This document shows, piece by piece, positions 1-9,744 of a stretch of DNA of 31,012 nucleotides. Below the pieces are notes generated by a model. That model saw nothing but the letters and a program-made list of their open reading frames with translations. It ran no database searches and had not been told where the DNA came from. The translations under genes were made by a program, and so were the position numbers. Source of the DNA: a virus (taxonomy: Duplodnaviria > Caudoviricetes); IMG/VR virus record IMGVR_UViG_3300017785_003930, positions 1 to 31,012 of that record, one strand, 5' to 3'. Position 1 is the first letter of the stretch. Each line of letters begins with the position of its first letter.

Positions 1-3000
1 CTGCTCTGGAGTGACGGGTGAGATGGAGAAGCGAATGTCTGGCGTTGCCTCGTTGAACCGCTGAGACAGCGGGATGACTTCGCCGGACTCGTCACGGGTC
101 ACGGGGTCGGCTGATTTGATTTGTGATGGCTCCGGGACAATCCAGACGGGGCCGAGATTGCCGTCGTTTTCAATGAATACCGAATCAATGCCGTCTTGCT
201 CAATCTTGGCTCGGAACGCTAATCCAGCCTCTCTTTTTGTCAGTAACCCCAAAGCCATCGCAGACGATGCGGCTAAATCCGGCCTGTCTTTAATATCGAC
301 ATCCTTGCCGTATGTTTTGTGCGTCTGCTTTTGGATTCTTTCCAATTGCTTAGCCGTCCATTTGACGCTTTGAAATCCAGCTTCTTTTATTGCTTTTTCT
401 GAATCAGAACCGGGATTTGATCCATGCTTAAATGATACTGGATTTTGAGCTTTGAGATAGAATGAACGATTAACACCTTTTTCACCCCTCGCTCTAGCAA
501 CGTCGCCAACAGCAAACCTCTCGGCAGATTCACGCTTTTCTGCAAAAAAGCTGCCAAGGAAAGAGTTCATTTCGCCGCCGATAAATTCTGGGCGAAGTGT
601 AGAAAACTCATTCGCGGATGTGCCGCCGTGCCATACCGGCCCCACGTTATACCCCGCCATCTTCGCCGCCTCATCCACCATGGCCTGAGCCTTCGCCATG
701 TCGCCGCTTTCGACTGCCGCGAGATACTCGGCGTCTTGTGCGGGAGTGATGGGTGAGATGCTGAACGTCTGAATGTCCGGCTGATATGGCTTGTAAATAA
801 CATGCTTCTTAATCGGGTGATCCAAAATTACCTTTCTGTCAGTTGCCAACCCGATTCTCTCAAGGACTGCAATTTGAGATCTGTTAAGGGTGTGATCGCC
901 ATAAGTCACGTAAATGGCATCATTCGCACGAGTTAATCTCGCCCACCCTTTACTGTAAGCCTTTTCGTAATCGTCTGGAGTCTTGATCTTTACGTCCGTC
1001 AAGATTGATTCGATAACATCAGCGTGACCGTAAGTCTGCTGAACCTTTTCGAGCCTTCCTCCGCTGGAAAGCCATCCGCCGTGATACCCAATGATTGAGA
1101 ATGCTACTCGATCATCATCAGACATCTTAATGGGGTTTGTTGCCGAGATGCTGAACGGCATATTCCCAGCGTCCATAATCTCCCGCGCTTCCTTCACGGC
1201 ATGCATCTCCATTTGCTTCACCTCGTCAATGCCAAGCACTTTGTTAACAAATGCATCCCAGTCCTCGCCAATCTTGCCCTCATCGCGGGCTTTAGAGATT
1301 GCATCAACCGTGCCGAATACGGCTTTCAAGTAAGCGGTGAACGCCTTGATTGCAGCCAGAATGCTCTTCAGCGCGCTAACCTGCTCTTGAGTATTCGCGC
1401 CCATCACAGACGCCTCAATGGCGCGGGAGATTGATCCAGGCTTCATGCCTGTTGCGCGGCCTTGGCGGTCACGTCCAAGCACGTCACGAACGACCATTTC
1501 AGAGACGGTTTCACGAAGCATCGTGTCGTTGCCTTTACCGCTTGCTAGTGTCCGCACGTTGTCGATAAATTGAAGCTCTTGCGCGTCCGTTGTCTGAATG
1601 CCATCGAATGCTGGCAGCAATGCATTAAAAGCCGTGCGCGTTTCCTGCTCCGAAAAGGTGCCGTTCGCCATTCCTAAGCGCCAGGTTGATTCGATGTTCT
1701 CATGCAAGAACGTAATGACTTGCGGCTGTGATTCCGCCTGCGATTTGTAAAGGTTGATGATACGAGTCACGCCCTTCGCGCCATCGGCTACGCGCATAGG
1801 AAAGACATCGTTAGAGCCGTTGACGTGAGCAAAGATTTCTCTCGTATCGCTTTTGATGCCAGCGACTTCAGCCTCTGCTCGCAAAGTTTCGACGGCTTTT
1901 GCGTTAAAAGCACGCGTAGCAATCACGGCCCCGCTCGTATCACGGCGAACGCCAAACACGCCAGCATTTCCGCCTTTGACATCCTCACCCGTGAACACGG
2001 TTTCAGCCTGCTTTCCGGTGGCGTAATAACCATCGATGACACTTACCAAAGCGTCAGCCTCTTGCTGGCTTCCGACTTGGCGAAGGTCCACGGCGATTTG
2101 ACGCGCTGCCTCTGCGGACTCGACGGGAATAATCGTGCCCTCGCCCGTCGTTACTTGCCAGCCTGTAGGCGTGCGGGTTACGCTTGCGGTGTAGTCGGGT
2201 GAGGTTGTCAGCAACTCGGATGCATTGACCTGCTCTTTTTGCAAAGCCTTCAATCGTTCGGATGCTTGAAGCCTCTGCTGAGCCGTCGCTTTAACCTGCG
2301 ACACGTTCGCTCCTTTGGTGTTGATCTTTGCCCAATCTATCCGCATTGCGTTTTCCGCCTCGCCCCATTTTCCGGCGTTGGCTAGCTCGCTGATTCTGGC
2401 GGCAGATTCAGGCGAATACTGAGCAGCAATCAGCATGTCGGTAGAGCGCGCCATTTGACGGCCTGCGCGGAAGTCGGAAAGCTGCCCAGTTCCAGCGCCA
2501 ACGATGGCGAGAGGAAGAATGGTTGAAATCAAATCTGGCACCTTTTCTGCGAAGTCGCTGAAAAATACATTCCAGTCGGACCCAGGCAGATCCTTGCTTA
2601 GAGCTTTAGAAATGCTTTGAACCGCAAGCGGCGTGACTCCTTGCGCGAACTCTTCGCCAACTTCCGTTGCTGTGCCTATCGCCGCCCGTGCTGTAAACAT
2701 GGCGAGCGCGCCCGTAGTGCTGAAAATAGGCTGAGTGAATGCACGCTTTAGATTTGGGAGCTTGCCGAATAAGAAGCGGTCGGATGCAATTTCGGTGATA
2801 GCCTGAATTGGCGCTGAGATTGTGGCAATCTCGTTTGCATCATCGCGGCTCATAGTCGGATTGCTCCGACGAATCTCGTTGTAAGTCGAACGCTGGAAAC
2901 TACCGAGTGTGACAGCGGCTCCAACGTAAGGGACGAATGAGCCGATTGTCATTGGTATATTTTGAACTGCACCGCTGATATTCATTCCAGCAAACTCGAC

Positions 3001-3906
3001 GGCCTTTAGCTTTGCAAGGTTTCCAATCGAAATTTCGCGGACATCATCGCGCAAATCCATGTAATCGCCAAGCGTTGAAGATGCCGCCACGACTTCGCCG
3101 CTTTGAGTATCGGTTAGGAATGGATTGTTTGCCGCTGATGCCTCAATGTCGGACATGGCCACGCCAAGAACTGAGCTTGCTGCTGAATCCAAATAGTTGC
3201 CCAAATAACGATCAAACTCTTTTGCTAGCCGTTGAACTGACGACGCGTCACCGAGATCACTGCCAGCCGCTTGATTTGAGATTGCCTCAAGAACGTAAAG
3301 ACGGTTCTCTTTTGGAACCTTGATAAGCTCTGCGGCCATAGCGCCCCAGTCCATACCTTCGGGAGCGGTGTCGATATTGCGCGCCATTTCCGTTACGGTT
3401 TTGATGGTGCTGCGGTATGGCGCAACCTTTGCGGCCATCTCGTCATGTGCAGCACGAGCAAGGCCAATGTAATTCGTCATTCTGCCAGGAATCATGTTTC
3501 CCGACTCTTTGACTTCCAGTTCTCGAAACTTGCCAAGCCACGACTCACCGCGAGCAGCCGCCATGCGTGCGGCGTTTGCCACTTTGTCTTGAGCTTGGTA
3601 ATCGGTGGCGATCATGCCAAACATGTCATTGTCAGAGACATTTGATGCCGCTTGATTCTTGAAATACCCGCGAGCGATACCATCCTTGACGCCTTGCCAT
3701 TCTGGAGACGCTGGATTGACACGACGCCCTAAAGCAGTTCCAGCCCACCCAGCAACGGCGGAAGATGCCAGGAAGGATTCTTTATCTTCAATAACTCCGC
3801 CAAAAGCGTTGTCATCCAGCAAGGCTTTAGCACCTCCAAACTCTTGATCTAAAAATGCAGATCGTAAACGGCGTGAGCGTTCCAGTGAGATTTCTTCGGG
3901 CGTCAT
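1..3906 (-). CDS. Large polyvalent / internal virion (DNA ejection) protein, C-terminally truncated by the window edge (>1300 aa); has an ART-PolyVal-like domain and a degenerate zincin motif
   Basis: Absent from the ORF track because there is no stop in the window. ATG at 3906 overlaps the upstream TGA (ATGA). I translated 1-2700 and the N-terminus by hand and found no stop. Motifs: GYNVGPVWHGG..EF..GSFFA..FYLKAQNP..QIKSADPVTRDESGEVIPLSQRFNEATPDIRFS, FLHENIES, EVGEEFAQG. Position after the internal virion genes fits. Confidence 0.85.
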   Translation of the reverse strand, partial: MTPEEISLERSRRLRSAFLDQEFGGAKALLDDNAFGGVIEDKESFLASSAVAGWAGTALGRRVNPASPEWQGVKDGIARGYFKNQAASNVSDNDMFGMIATDYQAQDKVANAARMAAARGESWLGKFRELEVKESGNMIPGRMTNYIGLARAAHDEMAAKVAPYRSTIKTVTEMARNIDTAPEGMDWGAMAAELIKVPKENRLYVLEAISNQAAGSDLGDASSVQRLAKEFDRYLGNYLDSAASSVLGVAMSDIEASAANNPFLTDTQSGEVVAASSTLGDYMDLRDDVREISIGNLAKLKAVEFAGMNISGAVQNIPMTIGSFVPYVGAAVTLGSFQRSTYNEIRRSNPTMSRDDANEIATISAPIQAITEIASDRFLFGKLPNLKRAFTQPIFSTTGALAMFTARAAIGTATEVGEEFAQGVTPLAVQSISKALSKDLPGSDWNVFFSDFAEKVPDLISTILPLAIVGAGTGQLSDFRAGRQMARSTDMLIAAQYSPESAARISELANAGKWGEAENAMRIDWAKINTKGANVSQVKATAQQRLQASERLKALQKEQVNASELLTTSPDYTASVTRTPTGWQVTTGEGTIIPVESAEAARQIAVDLRQVGSQQEADALVSVIDGYYATGKQAETVFTGEDVKGGNAGVFGVRRDTSGAVIATRAFNAKAVETLRAEAEVAGIKSDTREIFAHVNGSNDVFPMRVADGAKGVTRIINLYKSQAESQPQVITFLHENIESTWRLGMANGTFSEQETRTAFNALLPAFDGIQTTDAQELQFIDNVRTLASGKGNDTMLRETVSEMVVRDVLGRDRQGRATGMKPGSISRAIEASVMGANTQEQVSALKSILAAIKAFTAYLKAVFGTVDAISKARDEGKIGEDWDAFVNKVLGIDEVKQMEMHAVKEAREIMDAGNMPFSISATNPIKMSDDDRVAFSIIGYHGGWLSSGGRLEKVQQTYGHADVIESILTDVKIKTPDDYEKAYSKGWARLTRANDAIYVTYGDHTLNRSQIAVLERIGLATDRKVILDHPIKKHVIYKPYQPDIQTFSISPITPAQDAEYLAAVESGDMAKAQAMVDEAAKMAGYNVGPVWHGGTSANEFSTLRPEFIGGEMNSFLGSFFAEKRESAERFAVGDVARARGEKGVNRSFYLKAQNPVSFKHGSNPGSDSEKAIKEAGFQSVKWTAKQLERIQKQTHKTYGKDVDIKDRPDLAASSAMALGLLTKREAGLAFRAKIEQDGIDSVFIENDGNLGPVWIVPEPSQIKSADPVTRDESGEVIPLSQRFNEATPDIRFSISPVTPEQ

Positions 3907-5444
3907 GGTTTTAATTCTTGGCGTGGCTGGTTGATGGATGGCAGCACTTGCGGCGTTTCGTTGAACATGTCGAAGTAGTTTGCCACCTCGTCAGCTACCG
4001 GCATCGTCAGAACATTTTGCGAAGCTTTCCGCGCTTTCTCCGGCGTTGGATCGGTGCCGATTTGAGCACGAAAAAGCTTTTTCTTTTCGGTGGCCTCTGA
4101 CTGAAACTTGCGAAACTCGGCCTCTTTGCCCGTCTTGATTGATCCGTCTTTTTCAAGCAGCGCATCCATTTTGGGTTTATAAAGCTTGGCAATGTAATCG
4201 TCATTGTCGGCAATCTCCATGCTCGCAATGTTTCCTTTTTCGCCGCCTTTCTTGCCGCCCCACGACATAGCAAGATCCGAGGCCATGTAAGGAACGGCCT
4301 GCTTGTATGCGTCCAATTCAGCGGAGATTCTGAGCATTTCCAGCCTGTCAGGATCTTTATCCATGTCATACTTGCCGATACGGGATTCAAGCTCCAAGCG
4401 CTTTGATGCCGCCTGCGCCTCTGTTAGTGGGGCCGTGACGGTTCCAGCCTGCCGAAGCTCAGCCTGTTTTGCGTCTGACAAATTCCACTGAAACTTGAAA
4501 TCCTTAGCGCTTCCGCCATTCGTCACGAAGTCGGCAAAACTTGAAACTTCGCGCTGTTGAAAGTCTCGGAGAACGCCGTCAGCGTATGACTCGGCCTTGA
4601 TTTTTTCATCTGGCGTAAGTTCTGGAAACGTGTCGGCTTTGATTTTTGCCTTGGCAATGATGGGGTCAAGTTCTGCCATTTTTCGGATTGTTCCCATGGC
4701 CTCAGTCCTTTTTGCCTCGTCTAAATATTCGCTAAACTCCTGAGGCTTTAAGACCCCTTGTTTGTCGGCTGTCATGACGGCGTCAAGCATTGCGGCCCCG
4801 TCGTAATCATCACGCGCCATTCTAAGCTTAGACTGGAAGTCCTCGGCGTGATACTTCTTCTCAGAGTTATTAATTTGAAGCGTTATTGCTTGTTGCTCTT
4901 CCAGCGATGATGGAATGGCTTTGTTTAAATCGTTGGCAGCTTGTCGAACTGTGGAAAAATCGCCCGTTTGTTGAGCGATGGTTAAAGCGTTTTGAACCGA
5001 TAGCGCGGCGTTTCTGCCAGCCTGCTTAAACGCCCCCGCCTGCACGTTAATCGTTCCATTCGTTGACCACTCCGAGAAACGATTCGTTAGCTGTGCCCGT
5101 GCGTTTGGAGTCAGTGGCATCGCGCCAATCTCGCTTTGCAGCTTGGTTTCAAGCTCTTTCCACTTCGGCAACCATTGCGTTTCATCCTGCCCTTCTGGCG
5201 ATTGCTGAAACGTGGCAAACTCCTTCTGCGCCTCGTTCATCCGAAGGCTTGCCGTCGTGAGATTGGTCACGTCGTTCGCACGCCTAGACATCTCTTGAAT
5301 GTCCATCGCCACGCCTGCGACATCGCCAACGGCTTTGCCAATGCTGGCATTTGTGACGGCTGGTAGATTTGCCACTGTTGCGCGTGGCGCTTGGTTGGCG
5401 CGCTGGAGTTGCGCGGGGCTGTTGAGAATTGGAATGCGTGCCAT
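3903..5444 (-). CDS. Internal virion protein (T7 gp15-like position)
   Basis: 513 aa, helical and Ala/Gln-rich, MARIP start; synteny between the gp14-like gene and the large ejection protein. Confidence 0.65.
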   Translation of the reverse strand: MARIPILNSPAQLQRANQAPRATVANLPAVTNASIGKAVGDVAGVAMDIQEMSRRANDVTNLTTASLRMNEAQKEFATFQQSPEGQDETQWLPKWKELETKLQSEIGAMPLTPNARAQLTNRFSEWSTNGTINVQAGAFKQAGRNAALSVQNALTIAQQTGDFSTVRQAANDLNKAIPSSLEEQQAITLQINNSEKKYHAEDFQSKLRMARDDYDGAAMLDAVMTADKQGVLKPQEFSEYLDEAKRTEAMGTIRKMAELDPIIAKAKIKADTFPELTPDEKIKAESYADGVLRDFQQREVSSFADFVTNGGSAKDFKFQWNLSDAKQAELRQAGTVTAPLTEAQAASKRLELESRIGKYDMDKDPDRLEMLRISAELDAYKQAVPYMASDLAMSWGGKKGGEKGNIASMEIADNDDYIAKLYKPKMDALLEKDGSIKTGKEAEFRKFQSEATEKKKLFRAQIGTDPTPEKARKASQNVLTMPVADEVANYFDMFNETPQVLPSINQPRQELKP

Positions 5445-5447
5445 AAT

Positions 5448-6050
5448 TTAAGGTGCCCTTTGCGGACGTGTTGACCAAGCTTGATAACCCTGCCCAGCAG
5501 CCGAGGCCAGACCAGAAATAGCCGCGCCTGTAGCATCTCGACGCATTCCAGCAGCTTGAGCGCTTCCCATCTGCATGGCTGCGGAACTTTGGTTACGGCG
5601 CTGAAATGCTAGGTCACTTTGCGCCATCTGGTTTACTCTTTGCTGGTCTGCTAGCTCTGTCTGCTGCTTTGCCCAAGTGTCAGCCTCAAGCGCTAGACTT
5701 GAGCCGGTACCAAGGAGTGAGCCACTGCCCGCCATAGATGCCAACTGAGAAGCGCGAAATCGGCGTTGCTCTTGAACTGCGCGGCGTTGATTCTCCTCGT
5801 TCTCCATTGCCTGCCTGCGTTGCTCTTCTCCAATGGAATCGCGGAGGGCTTTTGATTGCGCCTCGGTATTAATCTCTGTCTGCCGCGCTTGAGTTTGCGC
5901 GGAGTCGTATTGCAGATAGCTGCCAGCGAGAGACGCGCCAATAAGCAAGAACGTTGAAACAACCTCATTGCACGGTGGACGTGTGGCGGAGTAGCCGCGC
6001 ATAGGGCCACCTTCAATAAGCGGCAGATAGTCTAGATGTTCAGAGCGCAT
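5448..6050 (-). CDS. Internal virion protein (T7 gp14-like)
   Basis: Hydrophobic segment (FLLIGASLAG), Gln/Ala coiled coil, 'ASMAGSG..GTGSSL' motif, Gly/Ala-rich C-terminus; synteny. Confidence 0.7.
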   Translation of the reverse strand: MRSEHLDYLPLIEGGPMRGYSATRPPCNEVVSTFLLIGASLAGSYLQYDSAQTQARQTEINTEAQSKALRDSIGEEQRRQAMENEENQRRAVQEQRRFRASQLASMAGSGSLLGTGSSLALEADTWAKQQTELADQQRVNQMAQSDLAFQRRNQSSAAMQMGSAQAAGMRRDATGAAISGLASAAGQGYQAWSTRPQRAP

Positions 6051-6450
6051 AAATGACTTGGAGGCTTGGCCTGTCCGCTATGTGCCAGCCATCCTTTTTG
6101 ACGAGGCGGGCCAGTTCAGGGCGGCAGAAATTACGAACGAATTTATACTCTATCGGCTTTCCATTGCAATCTCTCAAATTTGAGAGAAAGGCCTTTGATG
6201 TCCGCCAAATCAGCGCCCACGCTTTTAGACTGGCTTTTAGTGACGAGTTTGGACGGCTCCAGAGGTTATCCATGAACACAAAAGGGCAGTCAAAGACGAG
6301 GTAAACAAAGCACACCATCAGCGGCCCGTTGTTGTCCTCAACTAGAAACCCGTTAGGGCTGAGTAGCTGCGGAATAATCGCCATGTCGCGAGCTTTAGCC
6401 CATGCTGCCACCGTGTCAAAATCTGCGGGAGTGTATGCGCGGATGGTCAA
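6040..6450 (-). CDS. GNAT-fold protein (T7 gp13-like position)
   Basis: Likely TTG start at 6450 giving MTIRAYTPADFDTVAAW..., a typical GNAT N-terminus; C-terminal 'LVKKDGW' motif; follows tail tubular B. Confidence 0.6.
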   Translation of the reverse strand: MTIRAYTPADFDTVAAWAKARDMAIIPQLLSPNGFLVEDNNGPLMVCFVYLVFDCPFVFMDNLWSRPNSSLKASLKAWALIWRTSKAFLSNLRDCNGKPIEYKFVRNFCRPELARLVKKDGWHIADRPSLQVIYAL

Positions 6451-6473
6451 TGCCTTTTGGGTTCTTCTTCTAG

Positions 6474-6953
6474 TTAGTTTCTTTTTGCATAATCCATGAT
6501 TGCTTGGAGAGCTGAATTCCAAGCTGATTCAAGCTGCATCGGGCTTAAATTTGCGTAAATAGATGCATTCTTCATTGTGTGATAAAGCCACCTGTTCATG
6601 GCCTCTCTCATCTCGTGGGTTGTCCCAAGCCCATCCTTAAAGGCCTGCTTTGTTTTTTCGCTGGCGATTTTACGGCCAATATTAATCCCCAGCTCGCAAA
6701 CTAAATCCTCCCAGACGTTTTCATGGTGCTCGTTGAGCATGTGATTACTCACCGCCATCTGAAAGGCGATCCGAGTTGTTCGGCCATCATTGTCGATGTA
6801 AACGCCCCCGAGCCGTTTAATCTCTCGGTCATTCAGGCTGCACTGATCTTTTAGCTTCCGAATCTCAGCCGATTGGCTGGCAAGTTTGCGTTGCAATTTT
6901 TGCCGAATTTCCTTCTTTTTGGTGAGCGTGTCCATAGTGATGTCTTGAACCAT
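6474..6953 (-). CDS. Hypothetical protein, moron-like insertion in the tail module
   Basis: 159 aa ORF interrupting the usual tail B-GNAT adjacency; Lys-rich coiled-coil N-terminus. Confidence 0.55.
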   Translation of the reverse strand: MVQDITMDTLTKKKEIRQKLQRKLASQSAEIRKLKDQCSLNDREIKRLGGVYIDNDGRTTRIAFQMAVSNHMLNEHHENVWEDLVCELGINIGRKIASEKTKQAFKDGLGTTHEMREAMNRWLYHTMKNASIYANLSPMQLESAWNSALQAIMDYAKRN

Positions 6954-6972
6954 GGATCAAGCGCCAAACAAA

Positions 6973-9744
6973 TCAAGCGCCAGAAATCCCATCAACCTCG
7001 ACATCTGCCAGCAGCGCCAGCACATTAAGCGGCCAAGGATGCCGTGAGGCAATCGTCACGTCCGCGCAATTATCCCAATCTCCGCCCATTTGTTGCACCT
7101 TAGTTTGACCCGACTTAACGATGATCGAACTCGCACCCGTTGAGTAATTGCGAAGCTGGACGGTTGACAGCGGAAACTCGTTAATGCCGTCGTATTGAAT
7201 CGCCGTGCCGTTGCTGAAATCGGCCTGCAAAAAGTCGCCTGTTTGAGTGGCGCGGGAAAAGACGTTGCCATATTTCGACTGAAACAGGCGGAAGGCCACA
7301 CGAACAACTTTCCATCTATTCAGCTGAGCCGTGCCCGTCTGAGTGGCGATCTCAAAGCGGTTAGGCATCGCAAAGGCTGAGTAAGCCACGCCGACGATGT
7401 AGGAACCTGCGCTGTAGTTTCCAGCCACAACGGCATTTCCATTGGATACAGTGACTTCCAGTGGGCTTCCATCCGTGTTAAGAATCGTCTCGTTGTCGGT
7501 GAACTTGGTAAACACAACCTTCTCGCCGTTCAAATGACTGCCGACTGCAAACGTTGTGTTTCCGGCGCTGTGCGTGCCTGTGAGCAGCTGCCATGAGTCA
7601 CAGAAACAAGCAGGGCCAAGCGTTCCCGTTGTGTTGTAGTTTGGACTATAGGAGGTCAATGCCGCGAGCATCGCCGTTCCGTGAATCGACTCCAAGGAAA
7701 AAGCGCCCGCATCGTTGTCGAAGAGCATAATCAGCGAGTCTCCAGGCGTCGCCGCGCCAGATCCATTGTCGCTGAACACCGCGCAAATTCCTTCAATCTC
7801 ACGACTACCGCTGCCGAAATTATGAGATGACCATGCCGTTACATTATTCTCTCGGTCATAAGTGAAGCTTGAAAGCTCGCCGCCACGATGGACGAGCCAC
7901 ACAGTTGGATCTGGCGATTGAGTGCAGATGATGTCGGTGATGCCGCCTGATAACCCGGGGACATGTTCAGCCAGCAGCGACATTTCCGGCGCTGAATAAC
8001 CGTCACGCTCGAAAACGTAGGCGAACTCACGGAGGCGGTTATCACGGGTAAGCCATAACAAACCATCGCCGGAAATCACAGGCTGAAGTGGGCCTGAACC
8101 GTAATGACTCCAGCGCCTGAGCCGCTTACTTTGCGGAGTCAACGCAACGTCTGAATCGCCGCTGTCAATAGTCCATTCTTCGCTCGATGTGCCGATTACC
8201 AGCGTGCGCTTGAAACTACACAACCATTGGATTTCGTTCGACTGAGTCGCGGCCAAAGTTTCATCAAGCGCCGAGGTATCAAGCGAGCCAGTGAGGAACG
8301 TGTAAAATTCGTCTGTTTGACTGCCCCAGATGCGCGTGGGTTCCGTTGTTGTCGCTGCGAAAAATAAACGATTGTCATGATACGCGCACGTTTTTGGATA
8401 GCCGCGAGAAGCCGAAAACGCACCTTTGCGCCACACCGGAAAGGTGAAGCCGATAGCTTCATTAGGAATAAGTGAATTTACCGCCAACTTTGGAACTCCG
8501 CGAACTTGAGTTGTGGATACGTAGCTCTCAATCCTGAATGGAATATCGAGCACGCTATTTGCAGGCTCGATGGCCATTACTCCTGTATTTGAAGAGCCTG
8601 TTCTAATAACAACCATGCGATACCACCCGCCAGTATTTGGCGCGTTAGCCGTGTAACTAATCGTGCCGCTTTGAGTGGTGCTAACATACCACTCTCTGAT
8701 GGTGGTAAAATTGATTCGATCCAGCGATTCCTGAAGCTGGATCGTTGATAAAAGTGGCGCGTTTCCAGATGACCATTCCGTGCGGGCGAGATACGCGCCT
8801 TGAATGAATACCGACGCGCTTGTTGTCGTCCCTGTGGCTGCAAGAATACTTTCGGATGCCACTCGGCCAGTCGTGCCAGGTGAAAGAAGCCAAATGCTAT
8901 TGACATCGTCAGTTGTGAACGTGGCAGCGCTGGCAATTAGCCGGTAATCCGTGATTGTGATGAGCACCCATTGAGCGCCAACTCCAGGGCGGTTTGCGGT
9001 TGATGCCGTGTTCGCTGTAATGCAAAAATAATTGCTGCCGAAGTATTCGACAATATTGCCAGCAACGTAAGCCTGATCTACGTTCCAAGATGCTTTGTAG
9101 CTGGCTTTATCCCACTTTGCGACGGTGAAAGCGGCGTCTGTATTTGCCGTTTTACAACGGTAAAGATCATTCAGGTATAGAACGAAAGCGCCCACGGCAT
9201 AGCTTGTGTTTGCTACCCAGTCGTTAGCGTCGTATTCAATCAGCATCGTCACCGCATCCTTTGGCGGATCTAGCGCAGGCGCGAACTGAAAAGGAACGTC
9301 GATAAAGCTCCATGTCCCATCATTGGCGCGGATGACTTGCTTCGGGTGCTGGGTGCCGACTGTTATCGTCGTGATGTCGTTAAGAGTCACCCAATGCAGT
9401 ACCCTAATCTCCGCCTCCGTGTATGTCGTCGTCAGTGTCGATACAAGCGTAAAGGTGGTTCCCTCGTAAGACCAAACGTTGATCTTGTTAATGTGGAGCG
9501 CAAGAATGAAATTTGTGCCGACTGCACGCTTGATGCCAATGGTGCGAATGCATCCAGTCACGTCAGAGCCGGAAGTGCCGAACCTAGTTCCAGGACGCTT
9601 GAATATGCCGCCATACGAGCGAGGCAGGAAGTTTTCGAGCACACGGAACCCCGTGCCGTATTTCTCAGAGTCCGTGCGGCCATCCATGATTGGCGTCATT
9701 AGCCCACCATTCATAACCGCCCTGATAGTTTGGAATTGTGCCAT
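6973..9744 (-). CDS. Tail tubular protein B / nozzle (T7 gp12-like) with two CBM5/12-like repeats
   Basis: 923 aa; 'ENFLPRSYGGIFKRPGTRF', 'GYPKTCAYHDNRLFFA', 'LVIGTSSEEW', 'YDRENNVTAWSSH' are typical nozzle motifs. Confidence 0.88.
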   Translation of the reverse strand: MAQFQTIRAVMNGGLMTPIMDGRTDSEKYGTGFRVLENFLPRSYGGIFKRPGTRFGTSGSDVTGCIRTIGIKRAVGTNFILALHINKINVWSYEGTTFTLVSTLTTTYTEAEIRVLHWVTLNDITTITVGTQHPKQVIRANDGTWSFIDVPFQFAPALDPPKDAVTMLIEYDANDWVANTSYAVGAFVLYLNDLYRCKTANTDAAFTVAKWDKASYKASWNVDQAYVAGNIVEYFGSNYFCITANTASTANRPGVGAQWVLITITDYRLIASAATFTTDDVNSIWLLSPGTTGRVASESILAATGTTTSASVFIQGAYLARTEWSSGNAPLLSTIQLQESLDRINFTTIREWYVSTTQSGTISYTANAPNTGGWYRMVVIRTGSSNTGVMAIEPANSVLDIPFRIESYVSTTQVRGVPKLAVNSLIPNEAIGFTFPVWRKGAFSASRGYPKTCAYHDNRLFFAATTTEPTRIWGSQTDEFYTFLTGSLDTSALDETLAATQSNEIQWLCSFKRTLVIGTSSEEWTIDSGDSDVALTPQSKRLRRWSHYGSGPLQPVISGDGLLWLTRDNRLREFAYVFERDGYSAPEMSLLAEHVPGLSGGITDIICTQSPDPTVWLVHRGGELSSFTYDRENNVTAWSSHNFGSGSREIEGICAVFSDNGSGAATPGDSLIMLFDNDAGAFSLESIHGTAMLAALTSYSPNYNTTGTLGPACFCDSWQLLTGTHSAGNTTFAVGSHLNGEKVVFTKFTDNETILNTDGSPLEVTVSNGNAVVAGNYSAGSYIVGVAYSAFAMPNRFEIATQTGTAQLNRWKVVRVAFRLFQSKYGNVFSRATQTGDFLQADFSNGTAIQYDGINEFPLSTVQLRNYSTGASSIIVKSGQTKVQQMGGDWDNCADVTIASRHPWPLNVLALLADVEVDGISGA

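Noticed and set aside
74-3847. Short ORF-track calls in 1-3900, and most other plus-strand ORFs
   Set aside because: They are shadows of long minus-strand genes and have no recognisable motifs.
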